A stretch of 64,000 nucleotides of DNA from Alloascoidea hylecoeti (taxonomy: Eukaryota): positions 1,523,912 through 1,587,911 of the forward strand of contig BCKZ01000003.1 in NCBI GenBank assembly GCA_001600815.1, in the 5' to 3' direction. Each line of letters starts with the position of its first letter. Within the stretch, counting starts at the first letter, position 1. Below the pieces are notes generated by a model. That model was not told the origin of the DNA, made no database searches, and saw only the letters and a program-made list of their open reading frames with translations. Below are positions 62,100 to 64,000 of this stretch, piece by piece. The position numbers were made by a program, and so were the translations under genes.

Positions 62100-62526
62100 A
62101 GGTTATGCTAGCGCTAACAACTGGCCCCTGGAACTCTTGGAACAAACCTACTGAACTTTATAGATCAAATCCGGAGGATTGATTTCCCCTTCATTAATTC
62201 TGAAGCGCTGGCTTCAAAGTTCAAAACTAGGATTTCAAAGACTACCTAATAATCCTAAGTTCTTAAATACACCTTCTGAAAGAAGTCTTTGATGAGACTC
62301 CCGAGGATGCCATATTCAATTAAGATGACACCTATTAATGCTAAAATTGCGATAGAGTGGTTTCATTAAAAGGAGATAGAGGAGTTGGGGTGGCCGTCTT
62401 TTTCTCTACCCTAGACCTGAATCATATTGATGAATCAATACATCATTGATACTTGGATTGACTCCAAGATCCATAAATAGAGTGGCAACCGTTTATGTAA
62501 TTAGGGGGACTAAGACTAAATACTAG
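62100..62526 (+). mobile_element. Degenerate Tc1/mariner transposase relic, C-terminal catalytic half
   Basis: IFN*DD / AKIAIEWFH*KEIEELGWPSFS / DLNHI (cf. FQQDNA...WP..SPDLNPIE) and terminal IDS / NRVATVYVIRGTKTKY*. Confidence 0.8.
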
Positions 62527-62699
62527 ATTTTAAAATCATTTAATTTTATATTGACAAATATAATATCTAATATATAATATCTATGGAACATTGTGCATTA
62601 CTTCTAACTTCTTCTAAGAACAGTTTAAGGTCTTAGTAATACATTATCTTTTATTGGATTGGTAAAAAAGCTTAGCAAACTAAAAGGGAACCTGGTTGT

Positions 62700-63130
62700 A
62701 CATACTTATTATTACGACCGGTGTGGAGATTAGACTGCCGCTAGTTTTTCGGAGATCACCACAAAGACTCATATTAAGAGAACCCTTCTAGAAAACATAT
62801 ATGTATATGGAATATCCCTGGAACTTAAAAGGCATTTTGTAATTACGAAGAATTAAAGATATGATTTAAATATTAACTGAAGAGTTTGAGATGGTACTGG
62901 TGTTGTATTAGCGAATATTTAAATCTGGTACAGGATCCGTCGAGTATGTCTTCCAAGAAAGCTAGGCTTTGATCCCTTTGTGAGCTGTTCTAAGAGTGGT
63001 ATAATATCCAACATAACATATGGTATGGGCTTGAATCCGGAAAAGTGATCGTACTGCCTCGTAAAGACACGAGAGCGGTTGTGGTTCTCAATACTCCATG
63101 CATAACTCCGTCTATTAACTCTTAGAGTAG
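62700..63130 (+). mobile_element. Degenerate Tc1/mariner transposase relic, N-terminal/central part
   Basis: AGAACCCTTCTAGAAAACAT shared with the 24748 copy, GGTGTTGTATTAG and GGTTGTGGTTC...ATACTCCATGC shared with the 14310..14960 copy; MVWA motif near 63020. Confidence 0.7.
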
Positions 63131-63577
63131 CGTAGCAGCCCACACTAAATGCTGAACTCAAAATGCCTTTTCATAGTTCATAGAATAATAGAATTTCTAA
63201 AATATACGGAACATTATGAAATTAAATGAAGAACGGTTTAAAGCCTTATAGATTATTCCATGGTACGGTTTTTGGTACCTGCGTAAAGTTGATATTGAAC
63301 CGACATATATAATTTGTAAACCCCTTACATAAAATCAGTTACAGTAATCTTGTGGCTCATTCCTCTTAAGATTGTCCTGGAATAATATCTTTAATATTAC
63401 AATTGGTAGGCCTACTCAAATTAACTCCATACAGATTCTTAAAACTAACATAAGCATTAGTAACTTGATGGAAGCAATTTATTATGATAAAACTGTGGAA
63501 AATCAAATTTAAACAATTACAATTAATACAAATGCATATAAGTTAGTTAAATATTGCAATTGAAGTTATGAGCAACT

Positions 63578-64000
63578 TTAATCACTATCTTCTTGTTCTT
63601 CTTCATATTCTTCTTGCTCTTCTTCAAATTCCTCTTGTTCTTCCTCTAGTTCTTCCTGTTCTTCTTCTAATTCTTCTTGTTCAGATTCAAGATCAGATTT
63701 TTGAGATTCTAAATCAGACTTCTGTGATTCAAGATCAGATTTTTGAGATTCTAAATCAGACTTTTGAGATTCTAAATCAGATTCTTTATCAGATAAAGCT
63801 TCCTCTCTTTCTTCTAACCTTTCTTCTCTTTCTTCTAATTCTCTTTCATAACCATAATCTCGAGGAGGTTCACTATATTCTTGAGATCCACCACCATAAT
63901 TTTGAGAAGGAGCACTAGTATGCTGATGCTCTTCATCCGAATCTGAATCATCTAACATTTCATGGGCAACTGCTCCAACTGCAATTCCTGCTACTGCACC
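63578..64000 (-). CDS. Gly-zipper / acidic heptad-repeat protein, 5'-truncated by the window end; paralog of 21184..21738
   Basis: Frame stays open past the listed ATG: GAVAGIAVGAVAHEMLDDSDSDEEH vs GGIAVGALGHKLMGGDDSSDEE; SDLESQK x4 and EEEQEE(L/F/Y) 21-bp repeats. Confidence 0.85.
   Translation of the reverse strand, partial: GAVAGIAVGAVAHEMLDDSDSDEEHQHTSAPSQNYGGGSQEYSEPPRDYGYERELEEREERLEEREEALSDKESDLESQKSDLESQKSDLESQKSDLESQKSDLESEQEELEEEQEELEEEQEEFEEEQEEYEEEQEDSD

Noticed and set aside
63568..63918. 116-aa Leu-rich ORF on the plus strand
   Set aside because: Antisense shadow of the GAA-rich acidic repeat gene.

Overview
AT-rich, gene-sparse window from a budding-yeast (Saccharomycotina-type) genome; no introns are needed to explain any gene, and a CTG at a conserved Leu of Ach1 points to CUG=Leu. 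Intact genes: tRNA-His(GTG), an orphan ORF, a DUF1640 protein, formate dehydrogenase, phosphofructokinase, ACH1, two paralogous Gly-zipper/heptad-repeat proteins, three tandem NmrA-like reductases, a xylose-reductase-like AKR, a probable MMU163/Mug163-family gene head-to-head with (possibly overlapping) a GRAM/VASt sterol-transfer gene, a cyclin L-like gene, a full-length ABCB transporter (with the 3' end of a near-identical inverted paralog at the window start), a quinate-permease-like transporter, beta-alanine synthase and a ferric reductase. The long intergenic regions hold decayed sequence the ORF track does not show: four Tc1/mariner transposase relics, a 229-bp TA-flanked MITE with a probable empty site plus dispersed relatives, pseudogenes of a YOR1-like ABCC transporter and a yapsin-like protease, an internally deleted cyclin copy in the ABCB promoter, and weak gypsy-like relics. 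I found no unambiguous new multi-gene system; the best candidates are the MMU163/LAM head-to-head pair, the Gly-zipper heptad family, the MITE family and a possible detoxification-gene turnover region. All family calls are by motif recognition, not database search.
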